A program made the position numbers and the translations under genes. Source: Anolis carolinensis (Eukaryota). From it: DNA of 64,000 nt. The first letter of the stretch is position 1; each line of letters opens with the position of its first letter. The DNA lies in NCBI RefSeq assembly GCF_035594765.1, contig NC_085844.1:242746107-242810106 (forward strand), written 5' to 3'. Positions 12,415 through 24,096 of this stretch are shown in pieces. Below the pieces are notes generated by a model. The model was not told where the DNA came from. It ran no database searches and worked only from the letters and a program-made list of their open reading frames with translations.

Positions 12415-12618
12415 ATTACTGCAGTTTGACACCATTTTAACTGCCATGGCTCAATGGCATGAAATACTGGGAATTGTAGTTTTGCAAGATCTTTAGCCTT
12501 CTCCCTCAAGGAATGCTGGTGCCACACCAAACTACAAATCCCAGGATTTGGAATCTCATTGAGCCATGGTAGTTAACATGGTATAAAATTGCATTTATTC
12601 TGCAGAGTAGGTGCACCC
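12415..12618. mobile_element. MITE family (TGCATCTACACTG...TAGATGCA); other copies at about 15181-15373, 20225-20428 and 41388-41608
   Basis: Shared internal sequence tttaactgccatggctcaatg...gggaattgtagttt and its inverted counterpart. Confidence 0.65.
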
Positions 12619-13883
12619 TTAGTTACCACTTCAATAATTATTGGGAGGCACTGGAAAATTGATCTCAGTTCTTCTCATTCTCCTCCTCCTCCTCCTCTTT
12701 CACTTTCCTTCTCGTTTAGAGTTACCAAGCTAAAAACTAGAGAGGGCCTTTTGACTTTTAATGGTGGTGTATGTAGACTGATTAAAAAGACCAAGGCATC
12801 CCAAATTTTGTTCTGCAAGAGGTTTGAACTCTTCCTTTACCACCCCAGCTAGTGAATTGATCCACCAAGGTTTCTATTTCTAATACAAAAACATGACTAA
12901 GGATTATGTGTGGTCCAGTATGGGAGGAGGTCCATGGAAGTGACACCAGGAGTTATTGCACTGGGTGACACCAACTCTACTGACACCATTGCATATGAAG
13001 TATTTCAAGTGTTTTCATCCATTGCACATTGCCTCCAAGGCTTTGTTGGCCTCAGAGGCAGTAGGCAAATGCTATCTGTCATGGTGAGATGCCTACAGAT
13101 GATTTTGTAGATCCCAGAGCCTCCCAAGGAGTCCATATAGTTCAGTTGACACCATGAGTCAATGCATTTGGTGACACCAATTCTAGTGATGCCACTGAAG
13201 TATTTCAAATATTTCACTCATTGTATATTGCCTCCAAAGCTTTGTTGGGCTCAGAGGCAATAGATGAATGTTATCCATCATGGTGGGAACATCATGGTGG
13301 GACTCCCACAGCTGATTTTGAAGTTCTCAGGGACTTTCAGGACTCATATTTGTGCCCTAAATGCCATTTTGCGACCATGTCCCCTTTTAACTTTCACGTG
13401 ATTTCATGTTCTAAACAAGACTTTTCTTTGGGATGGAGTTGGGGCAAAATTTGGTCAAAATGGCCCAATTGGTTTTGTGGGGCAGGGCAATGGTAGAGGC
13501 CTCCTGGGTTAAGTCCAGTTAAGATTGGAAAATGCTGCTTATTTCAAGAGATCCCACTTATTTGAAGGATTGAAGGTCTGTCACTTATATTTTCCTGAAT
13601 AAGATTCCAAAAACCGTAAATTTTGGAATGAGGAAATGCTGATAAAGAAAACAAATTATTTAAATCTAACCAGATTTGATATTCAGATTACTTTTAATTT
13701 TATTCATAGTTGTCAAGTATTTCTTTTTTGGTTTGATTGAAGCAGACTCGGAATTGTTAGAAGGAAAACAAATGGTAATTTTTGCCATGTACGTCATTAG
13801 GAATTTAAATTTGGAGAATGTGGACAATATGTTAATTTTACCAAGACATGCACAGCAAATTTGCAGAGAGGATAACTCTCTAA

Positions 13884-14034
13884 GGCCCCTTCTACACTGC
13901 CACACATCAAAGCAGATTAACAAATCAGATAATCCACATTATTTGCTTTGAACTGGATTATATGAGTCGACACTGCCATGTAATTCAGTTCAAAGCAGAT
14001 AATCTGGATTTTATATGGCAGTCTAGAAGGGGCC
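13884..14034. mobile_element. Harbinger-like MITE
   Basis: TIRs GGCCCCTTCTACACTGCC / GGCAGTCTAGAAGGGGCC, with TAA and TTA flanks. Confidence 0.75.
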
Positions 14035-14345
14035 TTAGTGTACCTTCCCGGGTATAAATATGGCTCATGCTTTTATTTATTATTATGCCATAACTATAAT
14101 TGTGTGGAACAATGTCTCTCCAGGTATTATTGGCCTGCAATTCTCATCAGTCAAAGCTGCATAAACAGTGCTAAGGAAATACGAGTGTTACAGTCCAAAG
14201 AAATTTCAAAGACCACAATTACTTACTCCTGTTATAGAATAACATAAGAAAGTAGGACAACTATGAAGAGTTCTGAAATTACATTTCAAAATGATGGGGA
14301 AGCATAGTAAATTTCCTAAACTGGGTCTGTTCTACTTTGAACATA

Positions 14346-14803
14346 CAGTAGAGTCTCACTTATCCAACATAAACAGGCCGGCAGAAAGTTGAATAAGCGA
14401 AAATGTTGGATAATAAGGAAAAGCCAATTAAACGTCAAATTACGTTATGATTTTACAAATTAAACAGCAAAAATATCATGTTTTTACAACAAATCAACAG
14501 AAAAAGCAGTTCAATACACGGTAACGTTATGTAGCAATTACTGTATTTATGAATTTAGCACCAAAACATCGCAATGCATTGAAAACATTGAGTACAAAAA
14601 CATTGGCTACTAACAAATTGACTACAAATAAAGATAGAATAGCATAAAATGAACTTACAGTAGCAACATTGTTGGAAATTAAATCCATAAAAAGTTCAAT
14701 CCTTGCTGTCTAGAGAAACAGCTGTGGATCAGGGTGGGAGGCAACTGTGTTGGATAATCCAAAATGTTGGATAAGCGGATGTTGGATAAGTGAGACTCTA
14801 CTG
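14346..14803. mobile_element. Tc1/mariner non-autonomous element
   Basis: Perfect TIRs CAGTAGAGTCTCACTTATCCAACAT and a TA TSD on both sides. Confidence 0.9.
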
Positions 14804-14937
14804 TATTATGAGATTATGGGATTGATTGAAAAAAAAGGATAAAATGCTTGATACAGTGAAAGGCAGAAGGAAAAATGGCAGACTGTAGCATAAATGTATT
14901 GATTCAGTCCAAGAAGCCGTGGTATTGAACAGGGCAG

Positions 14938-15166
14938 TTTGTTTATTTATTTATTTACAGCATTTATATTCCGCCCTTCTCACCCTGAAGGGGACTCAGG
15001 GCGGATCACATTACACATATAGGCAAACATTCAATGCCTTTTAACATAGAACAAAGACAAACAAACATAGGCTCCTAGGGACCTCGAACTCATGACCTCC
15101 TGGTCAGAGTGATTCATTGCAGTTAATTGCAGCTGGCTTGCTCTCCCGCCTGCGCCACAGCCCGGG
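14938..15166 (-). mobile_element. tRNA-headed SINE with L2-like 3' tail, short form
   Basis: CCCGGGCTGTGGCGCAGG head, GAGTTCGAGG B box, and GAGTCCCCTTC..GGGTGAGAAGGGCGGAATATAAAT + (TAAA)n tail. Nearly identical to 51458-51711. Confidence 0.8.
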
Positions 15167-16397
15167 CTGCTGATGATAAAGGGTGCATCTACACTGCAGA
15201 ATTGATACAGTTTGATTGACATCACTTTAACTGCCATGGCTCAATGTTATGAAATCCTAGGATTTGCATTTTGATGAGGAACCAGAACTCTTCTAAAACT
15301 AGAATCAACTCCCATGATCCATTGCAGTTAATGTGGTGTCAAACTACATTGATTCTACAGTGTAGATGCACCCAGGGTCTCTCATTCGTATGGTCATCAC
15401 AAATCAAGGCCTCCTTGATGGCAAATAAGACCACAATGTAGTAAAAGACAGAAAGGGAGAAAAGGAAGGGAAAATGCAGGAGGAACATTTGGAAATGCAG
15501 TTACAGGTGCTCAGGGTTTTGTTTCAATTATGGCTGAGAATTATTCAGTAGCTGAATGTGTTTTTGAAATATCATTGGAGCTGCCAAATTTTTAACAGAG
15601 CAGCAAGCTGTGTTCCTGCCTGGTAAAATTAAGGCAAGGCAAGGCAAGGCGCACACACAACTGATGACTGGAGGGAAAGAAAGAAGGGCCGAGAATCGTG
15701 GATGTCACACCATCGGCTCCCGATGCACAGTTTCTATTTTCTAGCCCATATGGTGTATATAAAACCACCCAGTGTTTCACAGCTCCCATTAATAATCAGC
15801 TCAACAGGATGAGCTGCAAGACAACCTGGATAAGATGGAAGCTCTCTCATCAGCGTTCACCAGATGGGCATCTGCTCTCCCATATGAGGAAGAAAGATGG
15901 ACAGCGGGCTCCGGTCCAAGGACACAGGCAGCAGCAGCGCAGAAGCGAAAGTGTCAGTTATTGATCAGCACATTCCAGAAGGAAAAGACAGTCATTGCCA
16001 TTCCTAGGGTCTGCCTCTCTTGAAGGTAGCTAACTGAAGATATGTTGGAAAGGAGAACAAAGGCAATGTGGGATTGGGAACATCTGGCTGTTTCGTTAGA
16101 AAGAGCTAGAGAGCAGTTACTCTACCTATTTATCTATCTATCTCGATCTATCAGAGATAGAACCCTCAGTAGAAGTTTATAAGAAATTATACACAGACAA
16201 CATTTGCCTTGCCCCCAGTGGAATATATTAGCGATTGGTTTTTATTATGTTTTAATGTATTATATGTTTTATGATTTTATGTTTATATGTTTTAAATGTA
16301 TTTATGTGATTGTATTTTATTATGTATTGCTGGGCTTAGTCCCATGTGAGCCATCCCGAGTCCCTTCGGGGAGATGAGGCGGGATATAAAAATAAAG

Positions 16398-16890
16398 ACC
16401 AGGCTGTGGTGCAGCTGGTTAGTAGCCAGCTGTAATAAATCACTACTGACCGAGAGGTCATGAGTTCAAATCCAGCCCATGTTGGAGTAAGCTCTCGACC
16501 ATTAAATAGTCTAGCTTGCTGTTAATCTTTGCAGCCCAAATGACAGTTGCATCTGTCAAGTAGAAAATTTAGGTACCACTTTATGCGGGGAGGATACTTT
16601 AACTAATTTACAACACCATAAAAACCTTCCAGCAGCATCCAAAGAATGAGGAAATACTCCATCAAGGACTCAGTGCCACAAGCGGGTGGTGAAGCGGCAG
16701 CTCCCCTTGTGGCTGGAATCGAGCATATCCTCATTAAGCTGGAAGCTGGAATGTTAAATTGCCTCTGTGTCTGTCTATATATGTTGTATATCTAATGACA
16801 CTGAATGTTTGCCATATATATGTGCATTGTGATCCACCCTGAGTCTCCTTTGGGGTGAGAAGGGCGGAATATAAATACTGTAAATAAATT
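16398..16890 (+). mobile_element. Same SINE family, long form
   Basis: Same head and tail with an extra ~250-bp body, collinear with 61035-61517. Preceded by an L2-like tail (about 16240-16396). Confidence 0.8.

Positions 16891-16928
<38 letters not shown>
16891..16928. repeat. (ATC)n microsatellite
   Basis: Direct inspection. Confidence 0.95.
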
Positions 16929-18316
16929 TATATCTATCTTTCTATCCCTCTATCTATTTATGGGGGTTGTAGCCACTTGTAAAATAGCTTAGCCTATTTA
17001 AACAAACACATACCTCATTTAAAGTATACACTTTACCTGGGATTCCAAAATCCAAAATACAGGCAACCCTCTACATTCACTCACGCAGAGTGGAAAAATA
17101 TTTCTGTTTTTATGCTCAGCTTGTGTATAGCAATTGAAATAAGATGACAAAAAAGTGGGAGCAAGAGAAGGAAATTGGGACATTTCAAAAGGAGCTAAAA
17201 AGCAGGACAGCAGAGAATTAATTGGGATTTCCCTGGCTATATCAGGGCAGTTGGAGGACGTGCTTTGGCAGTTCTCAGGTCAGGAATATATAAGGAAGGT
17301 TCTTCAAGTATTGAGGTACTATGCCATTAGAAGTACAATACTATAAGCTGCATCTCAAGTTTTTTTTAACTACTGTATGACCCCCAGTTTTACCTACCTG
17401 TATCTGGCAAAATATGTTCTCCCTAGGAATATTTTAGATCCTCCAGATCTAAAATGCTTCTGCTGGAAGTTTCCATAGAGTTAAGAGGTAAAGGTAAAGG
17501 TTTCCCCTGTCGTTAAGTCTAGTCGTTAAGTCCAGAGTAACTCCATAGAGTTACTCTGGTAAATTTTTAGGATCCCTCTCTTGGAATGCTCTAGGTCCTC
17601 CAACATGACTTTATGGTAATTTTTGGTGGAATTTATTCACTTCAGTAAGGTTCACTATTATCGACAATAGGTTTAGGAATGTATCCCCCTTGAATATGGG
17701 GGTTGTTAGGGAAAACTACCCTAAAATATAGCAGAGCATCCAAAAATATAAACAAGATACAAAAATTGAGCATTCAGCTCATTAGCCAGCAGAACATGAG
17801 GTGCCGTGTGATGTGGCTGTAAAGAATTCAGAGCTTTAGGCAGGCAAAGATGCAGAGTCCCATCTTAAAAATCACAAAAGGTTTATTTACAGTAATAGAA
17901 ACAACTGCATTTCTTAATAACCAAGAACTGGGTCTGAGCTATTCTGACACCTATCTCTTCTAAGGTTTCAAGAGAGGGAAAAATCATCCAAGCACTACAT
18001 CTCTACACAGCACATACTTTCCATACTAAGATGCAAGAAATAGAAGTCAGATTAAAAAAGGCTTGCAGTAGAAAAATATCCACTCTACACAACCAATCAG
18101 AATGAGAGCAGAAATAGAGAGGAGAGAGAAAATAGATACATCCCCAATTGTCATACAGGAGATATGGGGGAAAAGAAACCCTTATCCTATATTAAGCTAA
18201 CTAAACTGTTCCTCATTGAGGACTTGAGACTTGAGCAGTGTGGGGTTGAATTCCAACAGGGGTTGTATCATATTGCTCTGTTCCCCTCACCCCATTTCTT
18301 TATACTTTGATGGGCA

Positions 18317-18649
18317 GGTAAAGGTAAAGATTTTTCCTGACATTAAGTCCAGTCGTGTCTGACTCTGGGGGTTGGTGCTCATCTCCATTTCTAAGCCAAA
18401 GAGCTGGCATTGTCCGTAGACACCTCCAAGGTCATGTGGTCAGCATGACTGCATGGAGTGCCATTTCCTTCCTGCTGGAGCAGTACCTATTGATCTACTC
18501 ACATTTACATGTTTTCAAACTGCTAGGTTGGCAGAGGCTGGAGCTAACAGCGGGTGCTCACTCTGCTCCCCGGATTCAAACCTGCAACCTTTTGGTCCAC
18601 AAGTTCAGCAGCTCAGCGCTTTAACACGCTGCACCACCCGGGAAGCTCC
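18317..18649 (-). mobile_element. Sauria SINE
   Basis: Reverse complement of the 5637 copy. CTTTGATGGG occurs on both sides (18305-18314, 18665-18674). Confidence 0.92.
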
Positions 18650-21600
18650 TTCAACCCCCAGGGGCTTTGATGGGAGGTTTTAAAAATGTCCTTTGTTGTT
18701 TTAAGCGCAATGTGTCCAATATGATCCCTGATTTTTTGTGCTCTTTCTTTTAACAGAGAAGTTGTTGCCACATTTTATAGCTAAATCACCAGCAAACTGG
18801 TTTTATAGCTGTTATACTGCCTGCACAGTAGTGGTTCTGTCATAAACACATGTGTCCTGCCCACTTGCCTTAAGAGCATGTTTTCTCAGCTTTGATCCTA
18901 CCAAACTTTGGCATTATTGATTCCAGCAAACGCAACATAGACAGCCAACCGTGTGCCCTCCAAAGGAGATTATTTCTTTTTCTGGCAAGAGAGAGAAACT
19001 GTGGGGTTTAGATTGGAAGCTGGGGGGCATGCCTCTAATACCGATGCAGATGGATAGGGAAGGGGAAAAGCAGGAGCCTTTAGGAAAAGGGGAGGGAAGG
19101 AGATGTCCTCATCGTAGCTACATAGGGCACATCTGGGGCTGTAAAATGGTTTATGGGTATGGCAGCCTGCATGGAGAATCCCTTGGCAACACAGAGGTTT
19201 AAAAAAATTAAAAAATTAAAACGGAAAAGCTAATCCACATCAGAGGGAATCATGGCCTGACACAACAGTCTTGTCCAGATAAGTGTCAATTCTGCTGGAT
19301 TTAAATTAGCTGGATTTAAAGAACCAAGACAGGCATCGCTTTCAGATCTGGCAAATCAGGCATTTCGAATGTGCATTTTGAGAACTTTAGAATGAGAACT
19401 TTTTTTTCCCTGTGGCTGGGTGGGATGAGGGTTTTGTGAAACTGATTTACAGAGAACTAGAAACGGTTGAAGGAACTGTATCTCCAGAAATCAAAAGAGC
19501 AACTTTTTCAAATGCTGGATTTCTGAGCTGCAAAGCTTCACACTTACAGCTTGTCATGTTTGGTATTTGAAACCATGTTTCCTGATCAGAGCCAATATAA
19601 ATCCATATAGATTTGTTCTGGTTTTGAAAAATGGATTATGTCTTGAAACAGAAGGTAAAAATAACCCAGGACAGAAGATTTTTGTAGTCTGCCTTCTTGG
19701 AAGCTTCGGGGAGAGACTATTTGCTCCCTTTCTTCATCCAAAAGAGGTATTTTAGGATGTTTGGAAGGGTCAAGAGACACAACAACAGTCTTGGGGTGGT
19801 CAAATGGACACATGGTAAAGACTGTTTAATTGTGTCAGTTGATTATTTTTGCTTAGGAAATGTGATTCCAAATTCATGTTGGACAGATTTCCAGTTCATG
19901 ACTACTCCAGGCACTCAGGTTTCTAAGACCTACTGAGTGGCTTGGTGATATCATTAAGCAGTATGCATTATGCACCAATTACCAAACACAGTTGCTCTCT
20001 GAATATTATTCCAGCACACTCACACACACAATTTGTTTTTTCCTTTGGATATTAAGACAAAGACCTTACCTAAAGACCAAGGTGCAATTAGGAGATCATT
20101 CCTTCTTACTTGCTTTGGGAGATAGGATAAAGAACATTTAATCTAACATAGTTTCTTCCTGCTAAAAGATAATGCAGACTGGAGGGTGAGCTCTACTGCT
20201 GCAACAACCGGGAAGGAAAGTGGGCTGCAATGCATTTACACTGTACAATTAATCCAGTTTGAAACCACTAACTGCTATGTTATGCAATCCTGGGATCTGT
20301 AGTTTGATACACTGTTTGACAGTGAAGGCTAAAGACCTTTTAAAACAACAGCTCCCATGATTCCATTGTCCTGAGCCATGCCAGTTAAAGTGGTATCAAA
20401 TTGCATTAATTCTACTGTGTATATGCACCATGAATTGATACTTAGTCCCACTGGAAGAATGCAGCAACATATTTATGAATCCTTAGAAACTGTAGTAGGT
20501 TTGGCTCTGTAATTTGGCTACTTGAGATTTCAACACAGCACTTTACTGTTGATGGCCTGAGACTATCAAAACTAGAGGATTTACACTCTTATCTCCCATT
20601 GAGGGAAGACCCATACAAATTGGAGGCCCAGGCTCTGATAGTTGGCAACTCTATGTTGGATATATTTTTGTACCAGCCTTTTGTTTAAGCAACAGTCAAA
20701 CCTCAGTGTCCATTTTGTCTTTATATGTCCACTGCTGAAGCAACAGTTGCAGCAGCCTTATGAAACCCATAAAAACCATTATGACGTGTGATGTCAGTCA
20801 CAACTGTAGTTGATCAAATGCATTCCAAGCCTCTCTTGTCCTTTGCAAATCCTTGGCTGTGCTAATGATCTTGCTTACTGATTAGTGTCAAGGGAGGTTG
20901 CATACATTGCTCTAGATTCATTCTTCCCCTCTTTCCCGCAGTTGGCTGCTTATCATTTAAAAATCAAGTATGTACTAACTAGGGTGTACTTTTTAGAGTG
21001 TTCTAATTGAATTTCAATTCTGTATTATACCAAGGATTGTCAGTCTGAACAATCTTTCATAACTTTTCAGAGTATTGGCCAAATTACTAGTAGCTTTGAA
21101 CTCTGCAATAGTTGGATAGATAAAAGCACATGGCTTATATTGGTTGTGATTATTGCATGAGTATTTAATGGGTAGTCAGTCTTCCATATCTACAGATTTT
21201 GCATCCACTGATTCAACTATCCACAGCTTTAAACCCAAAACCAAAATCTTGATCTTGCCCTTTTATATGAGGGACACCATTTCACTATGCCATTGAGCAT
21301 CCATGGATTTGGGTACTATCCACAGGGAATCCTAGAACCAAACCCCAGATACCAAGGGCCTGTGTTTGACACAATCCAATTGTTGGTTTAAATGTGTTGG
21401 ATTGCTTACCACATTCTTAACTGTGCTTCTTCCAATCAAATTAGATTAACATGCAGTGGCACTTGGTAACTGGCTATATTTGACAAACGAAGGGCATGTG
21501 GTTTGCCCAGGGTCACCCAGTGGATTTTCATGGCTGAGAGGAGATTTTAACCCTATTCTTTAGAGTCATAACCACATGCTCAAACCACTTTGGATGCTGA

Positions 21601-23228
21601 AATCTAACTTGCCTAACAAACTACTTCTCCCCTAATTCTATAGGATGTGGTAATGACAGGTCAACTGCAATAATTGTGAAGAGTTGCTCTAAGTTAGATC
21701 TTACCTTTGAAAATTATCAAAAAAGATGAGGTTTTCCCAATTTGTTCTTGAAACGCTGCCTCAACTCTTCACTTTGGGTCCAGCTTTGGAGAAAACATTT
21801 ACAAAACAGGGGGAGTTGACCATTTGTGAAATTGACCATGATTCCTTGAGATAATTGTGATATCATTTGGACCAGTCAGAATTATCCCTCTGCGTTTTAA
21901 AAAGAAAGTCAGGCGAAAGTACCAATGTTAGGCAAAGGCCATGGCTGCTACATGGTAAATCACATGTTTTGTACAGCAATAGAGTCGGGGTCTAGGATCA
22001 GTCCTCAACATCTCCAAGTGAAAAGGTGCTATGAGAGACCTCTTGAAATTCAGTCAAGCTAGAGAACATTGCTTTACATGGATCAAGAGTCTAACCTGTT
22101 ATAAAACCTCTCTTAGTAGCTGCTCAATCAGAATGATCTGCTAGAATCAAAAGATTCCTTCTGTTTTTCAAAACTTTTCAAGGTTGACTATATATACTAA
22201 CTTCAAATGGGTGTAAAGGTTCATTCATCCTTGCTTTCTGGAGGACAGCCTTTTGTACTAACTGACCATGATTTTTTAAAAAGGAATGTATGGAAATGGA
22301 AGAGAAGACCAGTATAGCTTGGCCTATTTATGAGCAGAAAGTACAAGGAGAAACCTGCTGAGATGTGAACAAAGCTCAAAGGCAGTGGGAACAGATACAA
22401 AGCAACAAAGGTGTTCTTCTATTTAGTGATGGAGGAAGTTGCATTGATGGGGGTAAAAGAAAAAGAAGAAGGTGTTCTGCATGTCCAAACATTCACAAAG
22501 TAGAGCAAGGAGAAATGCTTCAGTCCGGATGTGGAGAAAGTGAGTCAGTTATAGTCTCAACGAGAAGCTGAGAAAGTTCCAAACAAAGTGTAGCTACAAA
22601 AAAACCTCAAAGGCCTTGCAAAACACAGACTCCAACTTGTAAGCCCCTCTCTCAATGTGCATCTAATGTTTTCCAGAACTAAAAAAGGGTCTTTGTGATC
22701 CCATCAAAGACCCTTTTATTTAGGTGTGCAAATAAGTGTGTGTCTTCAAGTTGCCCGTCTGCTTATGGCAACCACATGAATTTCATGGTGTTTCCTTCAG
22801 CAAGGAATACTTCTTCTGAAATATAGCTTCCAGCACCTGGTATTCATTAGTAGTATCTCATCCAAGGTCTAACCAGGGCTGGTCCTGTTTAGTGCTCAAG
22901 GGTAGATATAATCTAGTGTTTTAGGGTATTTAGGCATCCCTTAAAGGCGTTTGGTTTTTAACTTGTTGCAACAGATGGAGCTTTTGATGGGGTTTGTTGC
23001 ATCTGTGCTTTATCATGTTTTAAATAGGCCTTTAAGGCTGTTTTTAATGTGCATGGTTTTAAACAAAATTTTGGGTTAATGGTTTTTTTCAAGGTTTGTA
23101 TGAGTCTCACATAGGAGTAAAACGGCATATAAAATAAATAAATATTACTTGTGCCCCCTCCTTTCAAGTTGTATTTTGGTTAAAATAGTTGCTAGCTACT
23201 TTGGGTGGAAGGAAGGAATTGGGTGGGT

Positions 23229-23310
23229 GGAAGGAAGGAAGGAAGGAAGGAAGGAAGGAAGGAAGGAAGGAAGGAAGGAAGGAAGGAAGGAAGGAAGGAA
23301 GGAAGGAAGG
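23229..23310. repeat. (GGAA)n microsatellite
   Basis: Direct inspection. Confidence 0.97.
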
Positions 23311-23404
23311 AGAAATTAGAAAACCAAATCTGGCTCAAAAGGTTGTGGGTTCCCCTGTTTTGCAAGCAGGAAGGGCTAAATTAGAATATTCAGTATCATC
23401 ATCA

Positions 23405-23830
23405 TATCAAATTGTAAAACAATTGGAAGGGGTTTCATGGGCCATCAAGTCCCACTTTAAGGATCTATAGAACATTTCTAGCAGACAGCTGTCCAGCCTC
23501 TTTATGAAGACACCCAGAGAAGGAGATCTGACTACCTCGGTAGGCAATTGGTTCAATTGCCAAATCAATCTTACAATCAATAAGTTCCTTATAATCTTCG
23601 ATTGAAATCTACTCTCCTGTTCCTTAAAAACATTAGACTTGGTCCTGCTCCCTCCTCTGTGGAAGCTCTTGAAGTATTTAAATATTGCAGTCATGTCAGC
23701 CTTTTCTTCACCAGGTTGAACACAGCCAACTACCTCAATCTTTCCTTATATAGTTTGTTTTCCATACTTCTTATCATCTTTGTTCCCATTCTTTGAATTT
23801 GCTCCAGTCTATATTCTTCTTAAATATAAG
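23405..23830 (-). mobile_element. Old CR1 3' fragment
   Basis: Relic translation MTAIFKY..QESRF..IIRNLLIVR..LPTEVV.SPSLGVF.KRLD. Confidence 0.8.
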
Positions 23831-23908
23831 TCTCGACATCTTAGTAAAAAGTCAATTCAAATATTTTTATGTCGTTTCCTCAATCCTGTGTGCCATGGTG
23901 ACTTACAA

Positions 23909-24096
23909 NNNNNNNNNNNNNNNNNNNNNNNNNNNNNNNNNNNNNNNNNNNNNNNNNNNNNNNNNNNNNNNNNNNNNNNNNNNNNNNNNNNNNNNNNNNN
24001 NNNNNNNNNNNNNNNNNNNNNNNNNNNNNNNNNNNNNNNNNNNNNNNNNNNNNNNNNNNNNNNNNNNNNNNNNNNNNNNNNNNNNNNNNNNNNNNN
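23909..24096. other. Assembly gap (N run)
   Basis: Run of N characters. Confidence 1.

Noticed and set aside
16734-16928. Poly-Met ORF, and the KEGR-repeat ORF at 23189-23470
   Set aside because: Translations of (ATC)n and (GGAA)n microsatellites.
17703-18200. Possible second solo LTR (TGTTAG start, TTTATT, CCAAT)
   Set aside because: I could not find a matching 3' terminus or TSD.
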